A DNA stretch of 64,000 nucleotides from an uncultured Verrucomicrobiae bacterium (lineage in GTDB: Bacteria > Verrucomicrobiota > Verrucomicrobiia > Limisphaerales > Palsa-1400), in assembly GCA_963707025.1 (NCBI GenBank), contig CAVPOM010000004.1, positions 224,001 through 288,000 of the forward strand, read 5' to 3'. Every line of letters begins with the position of its first letter. Positions within the stretch are counted from its first letter, which is position 1. The translations under genes were made by a program, and so were the position numbers. Under the pieces are notes generated by a model. It worked only from the letters and a program-made list of their open reading frames with translations. It ran no database searches and was not told where the DNA came from. Below, piece after piece: positions 18,201-27,797 of the stretch.

Positions 18201-19183
18201 GCATAGCCGCTGTTTGCGGCCTTCCCCTCGACGTATTTGTAAGGGCCGGCGGCGTTGATATAGATGTCGTTGTTCAGCTCCCAGAGCAAGGCCGCGAGGT
18301 TCAACTCCCACGAGCCGACGCCCTGGTCGCGCACAAATCCGTCCACCGCAGCGCCCAAGCCCGGTGGCGGCATCGCCGGAGGAGGAGGAATAGGCCCGCC
18401 GTCCAGGCTTTTGGAATAATTGTGAATGTAGTTGAAATCGAGGGTCTTGCCGATGGGCAGCACCAAGTAGGCGTAGCGCATTAAAAAACGATTGGTGGCG
18501 GAATGGGGATATTCCGGGTATTGCAGGCCGCCAATCCACTCCGGTTCGCCATTGAAAAAATTGCTGAGGAAGGCGCCCTGGTTATTGGGGTCCTGGACCG
18601 GGAGTCCGTTATTGCCGATGGACGGCAGGTAGCCATTGGTTTCAAATTTCCCATTGCGATTGAGGTCAACCCAGAAACGGAAGTCCACGGGGAAGGCCGG
18701 GCCGGCATTGGTCTTGATGAAAACGGGCGGGCGCGGGTCGTAGATGAGATTGGCGATGTTTTGCGCCCAGTCGGCGGGGTTGGTGATGGAACTCATGACG
18801 GTCGAAACGCCGCCTTTGCCATTATAGTGATCGTAATTGACGTTGTTAGGGTCGGCCAGGCCGGCAATGAAACCATTGGGATTGATAAAGTTGTGCGACG
18901 CCATGTAGTCATAGTTCAGGAGGTCGTGGTGGGCCATCATGCGCGCAATGATTTCCGATTGGGCGCGGGCGAGGCCGGCCTGGCTGGCGGCCTTGGCGGT
19001 TTCCAGGTCGAGGCTGGTGGTGACCGAGTCGCGATGGCCGCGGGTGAGGACGAGGAAGGCCACCGCCAGGAAGGTGATGACCGAGAGCATGAGCAGGGTG
19101 ATGACCAGGGCGATCCCCGAAGAATTGCGGATTTCCTTCGTTTGCTTCTGTTGAAAATGTTTCATGCAGGCGCGGGTGTTCAT
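15218..19183 (-). CDS. Very large PilX/GspK-like protein (1321 aa)
   Basis: G|IALVITLLMLSVITFLAVAF prepilin-like N-terminus lacking E5, which is typical of PilX/GspK. Last gene of the minor pilin set. Confidence 0.8.
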   Translation of the reverse strand: MNTRACMKHFQQKQTKEIRNSSGIALVITLLMLSVITFLAVAFLVLTRGHRDSVTTSLDLETAKAASQAGLARAQSEIIARMMAHHDLLNYDYMASHNFINPNGFIAGLADPNNVNYDHYNGKGGVSTVMSSITNPADWAQNIANLIYDPRPPVFIKTNAGPAFPVDFRFWVDLNRNGKFETNGYLPSIGNNGLPVQDPNNQGAFLSNFFNGEPEWIGGLQYPEYPHSATNRFLMRYAYLVLPIGKTLDFNYIHNYSKSLDGGPIPPPPAMPPPGLGAAVDGFVRDQGVGSWELNLAALLWELNNDIYINAAGPYKYVEGKAANSGYAFDDAYSFLRFRYNTSYGGPYPLSLAAYFGPTTPNYNLDGIDEYGTEALALYPSTNAPWPGSYATNNFYNTYQDVFNPGKTSPAFITNRLLPAGFYTNSYDRYTFQRMLAAIGTGSTPELQTYVYGDVITTNPALQPPTVLRTKVNLNYDNTFQIANGLNTSPTTLIPWTAEIAGAPVGIPQNGALGFFTNAAESLLRSQDFRITNYLVGGLPPNQVLIPTNLSYVHFGVTNIPVYNSLNPSIRYTENLHRMLQLAANIYDDTRTNKMTPPGTLPLPYPSVFRPIFFATNYGGTNRVVYIAGYTNVNTDAIFQISKGFVDVTDSNNFPANTFYNGNIWGIPWVVGAVKGLPAFDRYVPDISWAVTRKLLFARQPVPGTPFGNAIARPAFTNQFFIMSISNIFGLDAWNSYASNISLPAPFEVIATTVVSVVLTNNSAGNPGGFVTNFINSTNYFSRFWTNGAGKFLDPRHSSSGMLGFLQTNVPSLPPSYFSETQHRFVPVYVDLTNDFGYQLGTFLSNDLRQTAWPVYGWTLSVTNRVMYALVDPGSGQAFDFVNLGPFGTNLILTNILYGNAPPAVGSGSTPNTKYWDPTPGPSGLSAGLSNQIANGISFDPNDFGQELVGVSVGNSNLYFSCSNDTAAVVFTGVTNTLIANDPLVHYTVGDLTPPLTQNVPPVTDTSQVLTYNDRYEPWPNRIEPGFGANMTLKDPQITSSDDWNFPANKFPSIGWLGRVHRGTPWQTIFLKADPDALINGVNPNQQAWIGSWVSTFDTYPTNDYALLDLFTAAPNDNAARGLLSVNQTNSAPWYALFSGIALNTNAPYLGAHSVGPPIGSNLVLDPTIIGSLVDGMYIITNGANNQPVTNFIAGINVLRSLEPDQTFHSLGSVFKSPILSTESPFLPGPAGDFKDEEVEAIPQQVAGLLKLGQPQFVIYSFGQALKPKDIYFGGPPNFNLCTNYQITGEFVTRTVCHIVGDPTAANLRIQVDSFNILPAD

Positions 19184-20229
19184 CGGATGGCCCCGGCGAT
19201 GGGAATGTTCTGGCGGTAGATCTGGATTTTGCCGCCGGCATTGCCCAGAAATGTCCGCTGGGCCACGCTGTTGGAGGGCAAGGACCGCAATTGTTCATAC
19301 GCTTCGGGCTCCAGGATGCCCACTTCCAATTGGATGGTGGCGGGCAAATCGGCCGGCGGCACCAGCACACCCAGACGGTTGGTGTAGGCCAGGAGCAGCG
19401 GATAGGAAAAGTTCTGGTTGCCCGGCGCGAAATCCTGCCCCTGTGCCAGCGCGTTCTCGTTGCCGAACTGGTCGAAGGCGCGGATTTTAAAATGAACCAC
19501 GCCGTCGGCCACGCGGTGGAAATAGGCGGGGCTGAAAGTCTGATTGAGGGTGACGACACTGTTGAAGAAGTTGGCGAAAAGAACATTGTTGGTTTCCAGC
19601 GGGTCGTTGGTCGCGGCCAGATACCGGTACAAGGTTCCAGCCCCGGTGCCGGCGAAGTTGCTGACGGCGTAGCCCGTGCCGAGCCACTGGCTGTTGGTGT
19701 GGACGAGCACAAAAATCTCCTGCAATTGATTGGTGCGATAGATATTGGTGGGGAAGTCCTGATAGTTGAAGCTGGTATTCGTGGCCGCCCAGCCCCAGTA
19801 CAAGTTCACGGTGTTCGTGCCCCCCCGGGCGTCGGAGGCTTGCGCCAGATCGGCCGCCACCAGGTCAATGACGGTATGGCCGGCGTCGGTCATGGTGGAT
19901 TGCCGGACCCCGGCCTTGAAGGCGCGTTGCACCTCGACAAACATGGCGGTCAGGCCGATGACGATGAAAAGCAGACAGGCGATGGAGACGAGCATTTCCA
20001 GGACGGTGAGGGCGCGGCAATTGCGGATTTGTCGAAGCTCGACTTCCCATTGCGGATTGCGGATTCGAACAGAAGGAAACGAAGGAAACGAAGAGGGGAA
20101 AGAACTCTTCTTCGTTTCCTTCGTTTGCTTCTGTTGAGAACAGTCAATCCCCGCCCCAGCCCGCTCCGTCGAGGAGAGGGAGCGATGCTCTTGCGCTCCT
20201 TGCGTTGTTTGGCGGCTCATCGTCTTCAT
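19180..20229 (-). CDS. Minor (pseudo)pilin, PilW/GspJ-like
   Basis: A|LTVLEMLVSIA motif after a 73-aa leader; ATGA overlap with the next gene. Confidence 0.8.
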   Translation of the reverse strand: MKTMSRQTTQGAQEHRSLSSTERAGAGIDCSQQKQTKETKKSSFPSSFPSFPSVRIRNPQWEVELRQIRNCRALTVLEMLVSIACLLFIVIGLTAMFVEVQRAFKAGVRQSTMTDAGHTVIDLVAADLAQASDARGGTNTVNLYWGWAATNTSFNYQDFPTNIYRTNQLQEIFVLVHTNSQWLGTGYAVSNFAGTGAGTLYRYLAATNDPLETNNVLFANFFNSVVTLNQTFSPAYFHRVADGVVHFKIRAFDQFGNENALAQGQDFAPGNQNFSYPLLLAYTNRLGVLVPPADLPATIQLEVGILEPEAYEQLRSLPSNSVAQRTFLGNAGGKIQIYRQNIPIAGAIR

Positions 20230-20248
20230 GGCGTTGGGGATTTGGTTT

Positions 20249-21139
20249 TCACAGGCCGAGGACGAGGTTGGTGCTGTAGGTGTTGGGCTGGAAAAACCAA
20301 TTGGTCATGTTGTTGGTGATGTTAAACAACAGGTGCGCGGAAACCAGACTGCGATAAGCCTGGCGATTCTGCCCCGCCGTGAGATTGGGCCGGATGGGCC
20401 AGCTAAATTTGAGGCGGAGCTCGTAGAGATTGTTGGCCAAGTAGGGGATCTCCTCGGCACGCTCGAGGCGGAGGTAGTAGTCAATCGGATCATTTGTTTG
20501 GTTGTAGTCCCCAAAATCGGTGGAGAGGGGCGAAACGGCATTGCCAGTGACATCAAATGGGACGACCTCCACGTTCATGTAATAGCGGAAGGCCGTCAGC
20601 GCATTGGAGCCGCTTTGTTCGGTGGCCGCGCCGGTCAGCCCGCGGATCCTGGCGGTCACGGAATTCAGGCCGTTGCCATAAACCAACGGATAAATTTCCG
20701 GGGTGCTTAACAAGCCCAGGATCATGGCGCCATTGGTATAATTGGTCGGGGTATAAACGACCGTATTGGTGCCGGTGGCGGAGAAGGTGGTAATGGCGAT
20801 TTGTTCCACATAATTGGTCAGGAAATCCAGGCTGGTGCTGGTGCCGTTGCCCAGGGCGGAACCGCCGTTGCGAATGGCTTCCAGGAAAAAGGGGCCGTCC
20901 TGGCCGATGACGGTGTCCTGGCGCGAGTCCCGCTGCACATTCAGGCCGACGGGCAAAATGCCGATGATGGCCACCAAGGCAAACGCAATCACGCCCAGCG
21001 AGATGGCGATTTCAATCATGGTGAAGGCGGCTTGGGAACTGGACGGAGTGGACGATGTGGACGGAGTGGACGATGTGGACGAGCGCGGGCGGTGCGCGGC
21101 GGCAATGGCACTTTGGAAATTGGGTGAAGTGATTTTCAT
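20249..21139 (-). CDS. Minor (pseudo)pilin, PilV/GspI-like
   Basis: A|FTMIEIAISLGVIAFALVAIIGILPVGL. Confidence 0.85.
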   Translation of the reverse strand: MKITSPNFQSAIAAAHRPRSSTSSTPSTSSTPSSSQAAFTMIEIAISLGVIAFALVAIIGILPVGLNVQRDSRQDTVIGQDGPFFLEAIRNGGSALGNGTSTSLDFLTNYVEQIAITTFSATGTNTVVYTPTNYTNGAMILGLLSTPEIYPLVYGNGLNSVTARIRGLTGAATEQSGSNALTAFRYYMNVEVVPFDVTGNAVSPLSTDFGDYNQTNDPIDYYLRLERAEEIPYLANNLYELRLKFSWPIRPNLTAGQNRQAYRSLVSAHLLFNITNNMTNWFFQPNTYSTNLVLGL

Positions 21140-22155
21140 CGTTGCTGGTTGCGTTCGACTTTGGCCCGGGCGGTCAGCCAGTCAAGGTGGATGACATTGC
21201 AATTGTTGACGGCGTTGCCGGCGGGGGCTTCAATGGGAGTGGCGGCGACCGGGCCGGCGGCGCCCACGGGGTAGAGGACGCGCCCGCGGTCCAGGGGGAT
21301 GAATTCGTCGCCATTGGTGGCCAACTGGCCCAGGGGGCTGAAGCCAATGCAGGGCAAAGCCGGGGTAAAGGCGGCGCCGGCTGCGGTCACCGCATCCGTC
21401 GCCGGAAACGGGATCAGAATCTGGGCGAAGGGGTAGATTTGAAACGCGTTGGTCAGGCCCGACAGGGTGTTGGTGGAGGTCACCAGCACAGGCTGCGGGC
21501 TGGCAAACTTCCACGGGGCGACGAACACGCCGTCGGGCAGCGGCTTCCACTCAGTCAAGTATTGGGGATGGGCCTGGCCCGGCTGGTCCCCCACGCTGCG
21601 CAAGCTGACCAGGGCATAGGCGCCGTACTGATGGGCCAGCAGGTTGTTGTAGCTGCTCGCCTCGTTGGCCGGAACGCCGCCGGCCACGGGAAGCGGGGGA
21701 ACAAAAACCATATAGACGGTGCTGCGGTGGGACATGGCCAGTTGGCGGGCCAGCGCGCAATCGCCCAGCATTTGCTGGACGGCGGTGGTCATGGAATTGG
21801 CGCGCGTCATGCCCGGCAGATGCGGCAGGGCCAGGGCCGCCAAAAATCCGATGATGGTGACGACGACGAGCATCTCCAAAACCGTGAAGGCGCGGCGGGA
21901 ATTGGACAGGGTGAATCGGCCAGGGTAAATCGGGGAAGCGAGCGGGTGCCGGCCGCGCTTGAAGCCAAGGCCCGGCGCGGGGTTTCCGTCATGGGACGGC
22001 GCGCCGCCGCCCTGCCGGCGGACCAGCCTCCAACCGGAGCCGGCCGCGGTCGGGGCGGAACTGGAACGGACGGCGGCCGGGATCCAGGACTGGTCGCGCC
22101 AGAGAACGCGCAACGGTCTTGGGCCTGGCTGGGAATGGAGTGGCGCGGCGGTCAT
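21136..22155 (-). CDS. Minor (pseudo)pilin, FimU/GspH-like
   Basis: A|FTVLEMLVVVTIIG...LARQLAM (GspH/FimT-like). Start at 22155 would give an 89-aa leader. Confidence 0.8.
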   Translation of the reverse strand: MTAAPLHSQPGPRPLRVLWRDQSWIPAAVRSSSAPTAAGSGWRLVRRQGGGAPSHDGNPAPGLGFKRGRHPLASPIYPGRFTLSNSRRAFTVLEMLVVVTIIGFLAALALPHLPGMTRANSMTTAVQQMLGDCALARQLAMSHRSTVYMVFVPPLPVAGGVPANEASSYNNLLAHQYGAYALVSLRSVGDQPGQAHPQYLTEWKPLPDGVFVAPWKFASPQPVLVTSTNTLSGLTNAFQIYPFAQILIPFPATDAVTAAGAAFTPALPCIGFSPLGQLATNGDEFIPLDRGRVLYPVGAAGPVAATPIEAPAGNAVNNCNVIHLDWLTARAKVERNQQR

Positions 22156-22161
22156 GGGAGT

Positions 22162-22858
22162 TTACCAGTTGCCGTTGGTGATGATGATGAGGTTGCCCGC
22201 GCTGTCCTTGCCGGCGGAGGTACTCAGCCCAGAGATCGAAGCCGGTGGAGTTGTGGCGGCTGGCGGAGGAGCAGTCGTAATGCCACAAATTGAGTTCGTT
22301 GGCCGCGAAGGTGCGCGGCACCGGCACGGCCAGTTGATTCAATTTAAAACCGCTGCCGTTGGTCACCAGGTAGTCCTTGGGGCCGGGGAGCGGCTGGTAA
22401 AAAGCGCGGGTTTCATCCGGGAGCGAATTGGCGATGCCGCCGCGGCCGTAGGCGGCGCTGAAGGTGGTGGCGGCAATGCGGGTTCCATCGAAAGCCAGAA
22501 AGTAATTGACACCATTGACATTGGTGACGGGCGCGCCGGTCAGTTCATAGAGCAGAGGATTCATGCCGGTGGAATTCTCATAACTGAGGTTGGTATTGTT
22601 ATTGGCGCCGGTGAGGACGTTCAGAGCGTTGTCCGGCGGATAAAAGCCCATTTTGGAATAGTAGGTGGAAATGAAGAGCGCGAGCGCGTTTTTCCTGGCG
22701 GTGACGACGGCGTCATGTTTCTTGCGGGCGGCCAGGGCGCCCAGACCGGTCAGCATGGCGGCGATGATGGCGATGACGGCGATGACCACCAGCAATTCGA
22801 TGAGGGTGAACCCATTTGCCATCCCGCCTGCGCCCGGTTTTGTCTGGCTCGTGTTCAT
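22162..22858 (-). CDS. Prepilin (GspG/PilE-like), apparent single extra base near 22219
   Basis: G|FTLIELLVVIAVIAII...Y.SKMGFYP...FDLWAEY. Removing one C gives SAGKDSAGNLIIITNGNW* ending 6 nt before the next ATG. Confidence 0.8.
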
Positions 22859-23163
22859 GGCATTCCGCTTTCGGAGCGGCTGTCAACCCTTTGTTCCCGC
22901 ATTTCCTGTTCCATCCGCTCGCTCAGCCATTGTTTCATCATGCTTTGATAGTTGAGGTAGCGGGAGCGGGCCACGCGCTTGATCCGGGTCAGCATGCGCG
23001 GGTCCATGCGCAAGGTGATGGTGACCGAATCGGCCATCTCGCTGGCCGCCGTGACGGAGCGTTCCATCAGCCTGACCTCGATGCGGTTGTGCGCCCAAAA
23101 GGCGGCCTCGGCCTCCTCGCGGTCGAAGAGGGGGACATCGTCCCAGTTGGCGATGGCATTCAT
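22855..23163 (-). CDS. BrnA/CopG-like ribbon-helix-helix antitoxin
   Basis: VPLFDREEAEAAFW...ITLRMDPRML..IKRVAR...YQSMMKQWLSER; stop overlaps the pilin ATG. Confidence 0.8.
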   Translation of the reverse strand: MNAIANWDDVPLFDREEAEAAFWAHNRIEVRLMERSVTAASEMADSVTITLRMDPRMLTRIKRVARSRYLNYQSMMKQWLSERMEQEMREQRVDSRSESGMP

Positions 23164-23166
23164 GGT

Positions 23167-23454
23167 TTATTGGGCAAGGGCATGGGAAAGCCGGCGCTGG
23201 TAGAGGAATTTTTCCTCCGGCTCAAAGGGGCGGGCGAAAATCACGCGGGCCTGCTTTCCGTTGGTGCGAAAGACGGTGAAAATCCCCTGGCCGCTGGCAG
23301 CGACGCCCAGATTGAAGAAGCGCGCCTGGACCTCGAATCTGGGGGAATCGGGGAGCAGACGAACGGCAAACGGGTCTTCAAAAGACTCCTCAATAAGCCC
23401 CAAGGATAATGAGGGATCCAAATTGAACGGCGGATTGTTCCAGTCAAACTCCAT
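23167..23454 (-). CDS. BrnT-family toxin-like protein
   Basis: MEFDW...EESFEDP...RFFNLG...VF...RVIFARP...E...Y; lies upstream of a BrnA-like gene. Confidence 0.75.
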   Translation of the reverse strand: MEFDWNNPPFNLDPSLSLGLIEESFEDPFAVRLLPDSPRFEVQARFFNLGVAASGQGIFTVFRTNGKQARVIFARPFEPEEKFLYQRRLSHALAQ

Positions 23455-23477
23455 ATTATGTAAATCAAATGGCCATG

Positions 23478-23493
23478 CAATGTAACTACATTG
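23478..23493. promoter_or_regulatory. Inverted-repeat operator candidate upstream of the brnT-like gene
   Basis: CAATGTA-AC-TACATTG; minus-strand TTGACA at 23517-23522. Confidence 0.5.
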
Positions 23494-23573
23494 TATTTAC
23501 AACATGTCCTGGAGAATGTCAAGGGCTCAAGTGCGAAAAAGCACCAAACAATGCAGATTCCCGGCTTTTGATC

Positions 23574-24920
23574 TCAATTCTTCAGTTCCGCAGCGGTGGC
23601 GGCTCCGACTCCGGATCCGTTGGCCTCTTCGCCGCCGACAGTGTTCATCAAGTCAATGAGGGGCAGGAACATGGCGATGACGATGCTGCCGACGACGACG
23701 GCCAGGAAGACGATCATGATCGGTTCCAGGAGGGAAGTCATGGAGGCGACGGCGTTGTCCACCTCTTCATCGTAGCTGTCGGCAATTTTCATCAACATTT
23801 CGGGCAGGGCGCCGGTTTGTTCGCCGACATCCACCATGCTGACGACCATGGGTGGAAAGACGCGGGAAGCCTCCAGCGGGGCGGTGATGGTTTCGCCTTC
23901 CTTGACGCTTTCATGGACGTCGGAAACGGCCTGGGCGATGACGACATTGCCGGAAGTTTCCTTGACGATGGTCAGAGCTTGCAGAATGGGCACGCCGCTG
24001 CTGACCAAGGTGCCCAAGGTGCGGGTGAACCTGGAGATGGCCACTTTGCTGATGACGGGTCCCAAAACCGGGATTTTCAGCTTGAACTGGTCGAAAAGGC
24101 GGCGGCCGGCCTTGGTGTAAACGATGATGCGAAACAGGATGAAAGCGGAGGCGAGGATGATGAGCGTGCGGACAATATGGAGGCGGATGGCATCGCTGAT
24201 ATTGAGAACCAGGGTGGTGAACGGGGGGAGTTCCTTTCCGCCGGTGAGGGTGCCTTGAAAGACATCCTTGAACTTGGGGATGACGATGATCATGAGAATG
24301 GCCATGATGCCGGTGGCCACAGTGATGACGGCACAGGGGTAGAACATGGCGGCAATGACTTTGCCTTTGATCTTCTGGGCCTTTTCCATGAATTCGGAAA
24401 GGCGGCGGAGCACGACTTCGAGCACACCGCCGATTTCACCGGCTTTGACCATGTTGACAAACAGGCGGTTAAAGACCTTGGGGTGCTGGGCCAGGGCCTC
24501 GGAAAAGGTGCTGCCTCCTTCAATGGCCGTTCCCAGATCGCCCAGGATGTTCTTGAGGTTGGCGCTTTTTTCCTGCTTTTGCAGCACGCGCAGTCCGCGC
24601 AACAGCGGCAAGCCGGCCTGCACCAGCGTGGATAATTGCCGGGTGAAGGTGGTCAGCACCTTGGACTTGACCCGACCGCTCAGTCCGGGGATGTTGATCT
24701 GGAAATTGAGGCCGGTGCTGCCCTTCTTGTCGCCTTTTTTGGCGGGCCTTTTGGCGCCGGTGTCGGCCGCCTTGCCGGCGCCTTTGTCCTCCACGACCTT
24801 GGTGGGGAAGAACCCCATGTCGCGGATGCGGCCGATGGCTTCATTCTGGCTGCTGACTTCGAGCGTGCCTTTGGTTTCCTTGCCCCGGGCGTCCATGGCC
24901 ACATAGTTATATTTTGGCAT
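23574..24920 (-). CDS. pilC: Type IV pilus / T2SS platform protein PilC/GspF
   Basis: FTRQLSTLVQAGLPL, VKAGEIGGVL, AMFYP, VGEQTGAL, SLLEP. Confidence 0.95.
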   Translation of the reverse strand: MPKYNYVAMDARGKETKGTLEVSSQNEAIGRIRDMGFFPTKVVEDKGAGKAADTGAKRPAKKGDKKGSTGLNFQINIPGLSGRVKSKVLTTFTRQLSTLVQAGLPLLRGLRVLQKQEKSANLKNILGDLGTAIEGGSTFSEALAQHPKVFNRLFVNMVKAGEIGGVLEVVLRRLSEFMEKAQKIKGKVIAAMFYPCAVITVATGIMAILMIIVIPKFKDVFQGTLTGGKELPPFTTLVLNISDAIRLHIVRTLIILASAFILFRIIVYTKAGRRLFDQFKLKIPVLGPVISKVAISRFTRTLGTLVSSGVPILQALTIVKETSGNVVIAQAVSDVHESVKEGETITAPLEASRVFPPMVVSMVDVGEQTGALPEMLMKIADSYDEEVDNAVASMTSLLEPIMIVFLAVVVGSIVIAMFLPLIDLMNTVGGEEANGSGVGAATAAELKN

Positions 24921-24924
24921 AAAA

Positions 24925-26640
24925 TCAGGTGTATTTGACGACTTCTTCAATGGTGGTTTCCCCGTCGAAAATGCCGCGCAAGCCGTCCTCGCGCAGCGTC
25001 ACCATGCCCTGTTCGACGGCCTTCTGGCGGATGACCACGGTCGGAGCCCGTTCGTTGATGAGCAACCGGATGGGGTCGGAGGCGACGAGCAATTCAAAAA
25101 TGCCCCGGCGGCCTCTGTAACCGGTGTCGTTGCAGGCGGCGCAGCCGCGGCCGTAGTAGAAGACCTTGTCGCCGATGTCATGCGGCGAAAGGTTCAGGAG
25201 GGAAAGCTGGTTCTCGGTCGGCTCGAAAGGCGTCCGGCACTTTTTGCAGATGGTCCGCACCAGGCGCTGGGCCAGCACCGCCATCAAGGTGGAAGAGATC
25301 AAAAATGGTTCCACTCCCATGTCAATCAAACGGGTGACCGCCCCGGAGGCGTCATTGGTGTGGAGGGTGGTCAGGACCAGGTGGCCGGTGAGGGAGGCCT
25401 GGATGGCGATTTGCGACGTCTCCAGGTCGCGCATTTCCCCGAGCATGATAATATCCGGATCCTGCCGGAGGAAGGCGCGCAAGGCCCGGCTGAAGGTCAT
25501 GCCCACCGCTTCATTGACCGCCACTTGCATGATGCCTTCCATGTCATATTCCACCGGGTCCTCCACCGTCAGCAGTTTGCTGTCCATGAGGTTGACCTGC
25601 TGCAGGCACGAATAGAGGGTGGTGGTTTTGCCGCAGCCGGTCGGCCCGGTGACGACGATGATGCCATTGGGCCGGAAGATGGCCTGCAGGAGATAATCCA
25701 GCGTGGCCTTGGGCATGCCCAGGCCTTTAATGTCCAGGTTGACCGCGGCGCGATCCAGCACGCGCAAGACCACCGATTCGCCAAACTGGGTGGGCAGGGT
25801 GGAAACGCGCAAATCAATTTTCCGGCCGTTGACGGTGATGGCGATGCGTCCGTCCTGGGGCAGGCGGCGCTCGGAAATGTCCAGGTTGGCCATGACCTTC
25901 AAGCGGGAGATGACCGGCAGGGCCAGGTTTTTTGGGGGCGGGGCCATTTCGTAGAGCGCGCCGTCCACGCGGTAGCGGATCTTGAATTCGTCCTCAAACG
26001 GCTCGAAATGAATGTCGCTGGCCCGGTCCGCCACCGCCTGGGAAAGCACCAGGCTGACAAACTTGATGATGGGCGTGGCGTCGGCCAGATTGGCCAGGTC
26101 CTGCGTCCCGCCGGCGGCTTCGGCTGCGGCCACCTCGCGCGCGATGTCCTCGTTGCTGCCCAACTCCTTGAGCATTTCGCCGACATCGCTTTGCGCCTCG
26201 CCGTAGTAGCGGGTGATGGCCTCCTCAATGTCCTTGGGATCGGCCACCAGCGGCACGATCTCCTTGCGCAGCAAATAGCCCAATTCATCCACCAGCGGTT
26301 GGTTGAGCGGATCGGCCAGCGCAAGGTGGATGCTGGAATCGAACACGGCCACCGGCAGGCACTTGTAATTGCGGGCCGTGTCCGCCGGGACCGCCGAGAG
26401 AACATCCGGGGTCAGATCCTTGCCGCCCAGTTGAATGACTTCGGTGCCCAGATGGGTGGCGATGGTCTGGAGTTGCGTGGCCGTGTCCATCAGGTCGAAA
26501 TCATTCAAGATCTCCCCGATGGGCTTGCCGGTGCGGTTGTGCTCATCCTTGACTTCGTCCAATTGCAGGTCGTCGAGCAGATGGCTGTCCCGAATGAGGT
26601 TGAGCAGCGGGCTGGAAACAGGTTCGGACTTGGGGTTCAT
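24925..26640 (-). CDS. PilB/GspE-family extension ATPase (second paralogue)
   Basis: [45 protein letters not shown], Zn-binding CxxC pairs. Confidence 0.95.
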   Translation of the reverse strand: MNPKSEPVSSPLLNLIRDSHLLDDLQLDEVKDEHNRTGKPIGEILNDFDLMDTATQLQTIATHLGTEVIQLGGKDLTPDVLSAVPADTARNYKCLPVAVFDSSIHLALADPLNQPLVDELGYLLRKEIVPLVADPKDIEEAITRYYGEAQSDVGEMLKELGSNEDIAREVAAAEAAGGTQDLANLADATPIIKFVSLVLSQAVADRASDIHFEPFEDEFKIRYRVDGALYEMAPPPKNLALPVISRLKVMANLDISERRLPQDGRIAITVNGRKIDLRVSTLPTQFGESVVLRVLDRAAVNLDIKGLGMPKATLDYLLQAIFRPNGIIVVTGPTGCGKTTTLYSCLQQVNLMDSKLLTVEDPVEYDMEGIMQVAVNEAVGMTFSRALRAFLRQDPDIIMLGEMRDLETSQIAIQASLTGHLVLTTLHTNDASGAVTRLIDMGVEPFLISSTLMAVLAQRLVRTICKKCRTPFEPTENQLSLLNLSPHDIGDKVFYYGRGCAACNDTGYRGRRGIFELLVASDPIRLLINERAPTVVIRQKAVEQGMVTLREDGLRGIFDGETTIEEVVKYT

Positions 26641-27752
26641 TTGGTCTCTCCTGGGTGCAGGGCGGCTGCTTCCGCCTGGGCGGCTTCCCACTCCGCCAGC
26701 TTCTGCACCACGGTGGTGGGGTCCTGGGATTTGGTGATCACCTCGTCGCGGGAAATCAGGCCCTTCATGTGCAATTCCATGAGGTAGCCGTCGAGGGTGA
26801 CCATGCCGTACTTGCCGCCGGTCTGAATGTCGGAATTGATGCGGAATGTTTTGTTGTCCCGGATCAGCGCCTGGATGCCGGGCGTATTGATCATGATTTC
26901 GTAGGCGGCCACCCGCCCCGGCTTGTCGCAGCGCGGCAGGAGCAATTGGGAGATGACGGCCTGCAAGACGGTAGAAAGCTGGATGCGGATGGTTTCCTGT
27001 TGTTGCATGGGGAAGGCGTTGACCAATCGGTCAATCGTCTTGGCCGCGCCGGTGGTATGCAAAGTGGCGAAGACCAGGTGCCCGGTTTCCGCCGCCGTGA
27101 TGGCGGCCTCCATCGTTTCCAGATCGCGCAACTCGCCCACCAGAACCACGTCCGGGTCCTGGCGCAGGGCGCGGCGCAAGGACTCGGAAAAGCTGGGGAC
27201 ATCAATATGAACCTCGCGCTGGGTGACGATGGCCCTTTTATGTTTGTGGTAATACTCAATCGGGTCCTCCACTGTGATGATGTGGGCATCGTCGCGGGTT
27301 TCGTTGATGATGTTGATCATCGAAGCCAGGGTGGTGGTTTTGCCCGAGCCGGTCGGGCCGGTGACCAGGATCAGTCCGCGCGGCTTGCGCAACAAGCCGT
27401 TGATGGTATGCACGGGCAGGCCGATTTGCTCCAGGGTCAAGAGCAGGGTGGGAATCTGGCGCAGGACAATGCCGAAATCCCCCTTGGTCTTGAAAACGCT
27501 GACGCGGAAGCGGGCCACTTCGCCAAAGGCGAAACCGAAATCGGCCCCGCCCTTCTCCCGCACCTGCTGAATGTGGTCTTCGCTCGTGACGCTGCGCACC
27601 AATTCTTCCACGTCTTCGGGCCGCAACTGCGGCCCGTCCACCCGGTGGAGAATGCCATGAACCCGGATGACCGGGGCGACATAAGAGCGGAGGTGCAAAT
27701 CGGAGGCGCCCTCCTGCACCACCAACTGCAATAAATCAGCCATCGAATACAT
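26637..27752 (-). CDS. pilT: Type IV pilus retraction ATPase PilT
   Basis: [57 protein letters not shown]. Confidence 0.95.
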   Translation of the reverse strand: MYSMADLLQLVVQEGASDLHLRSYVAPVIRVHGILHRVDGPQLRPEDVEELVRSVTSEDHIQQVREKGGADFGFAFGEVARFRVSVFKTKGDFGIVLRQIPTLLLTLEQIGLPVHTINGLLRKPRGLILVTGPTGSGKTTTLASMINIINETRDDAHIITVEDPIEYYHKHKRAIVTQREVHIDVPSFSESLRRALRQDPDVVLVGELRDLETMEAAITAAETGHLVFATLHTTGAAKTIDRLVNAFPMQQQETIRIQLSTVLQAVISQLLLPRCDKPGRVAAYEIMINTPGIQALIRDNKTFRINSDIQTGGKYGMVTLDGYLMELHMKGLISRDEVITKSQDPTTVVQKLAEWEAAQAEAAALHPGETK

Positions 27753-27797
27753 ACTGGTTCCAACTCTTGGTCTTGCGCTCTATTATTCTAATGCATT

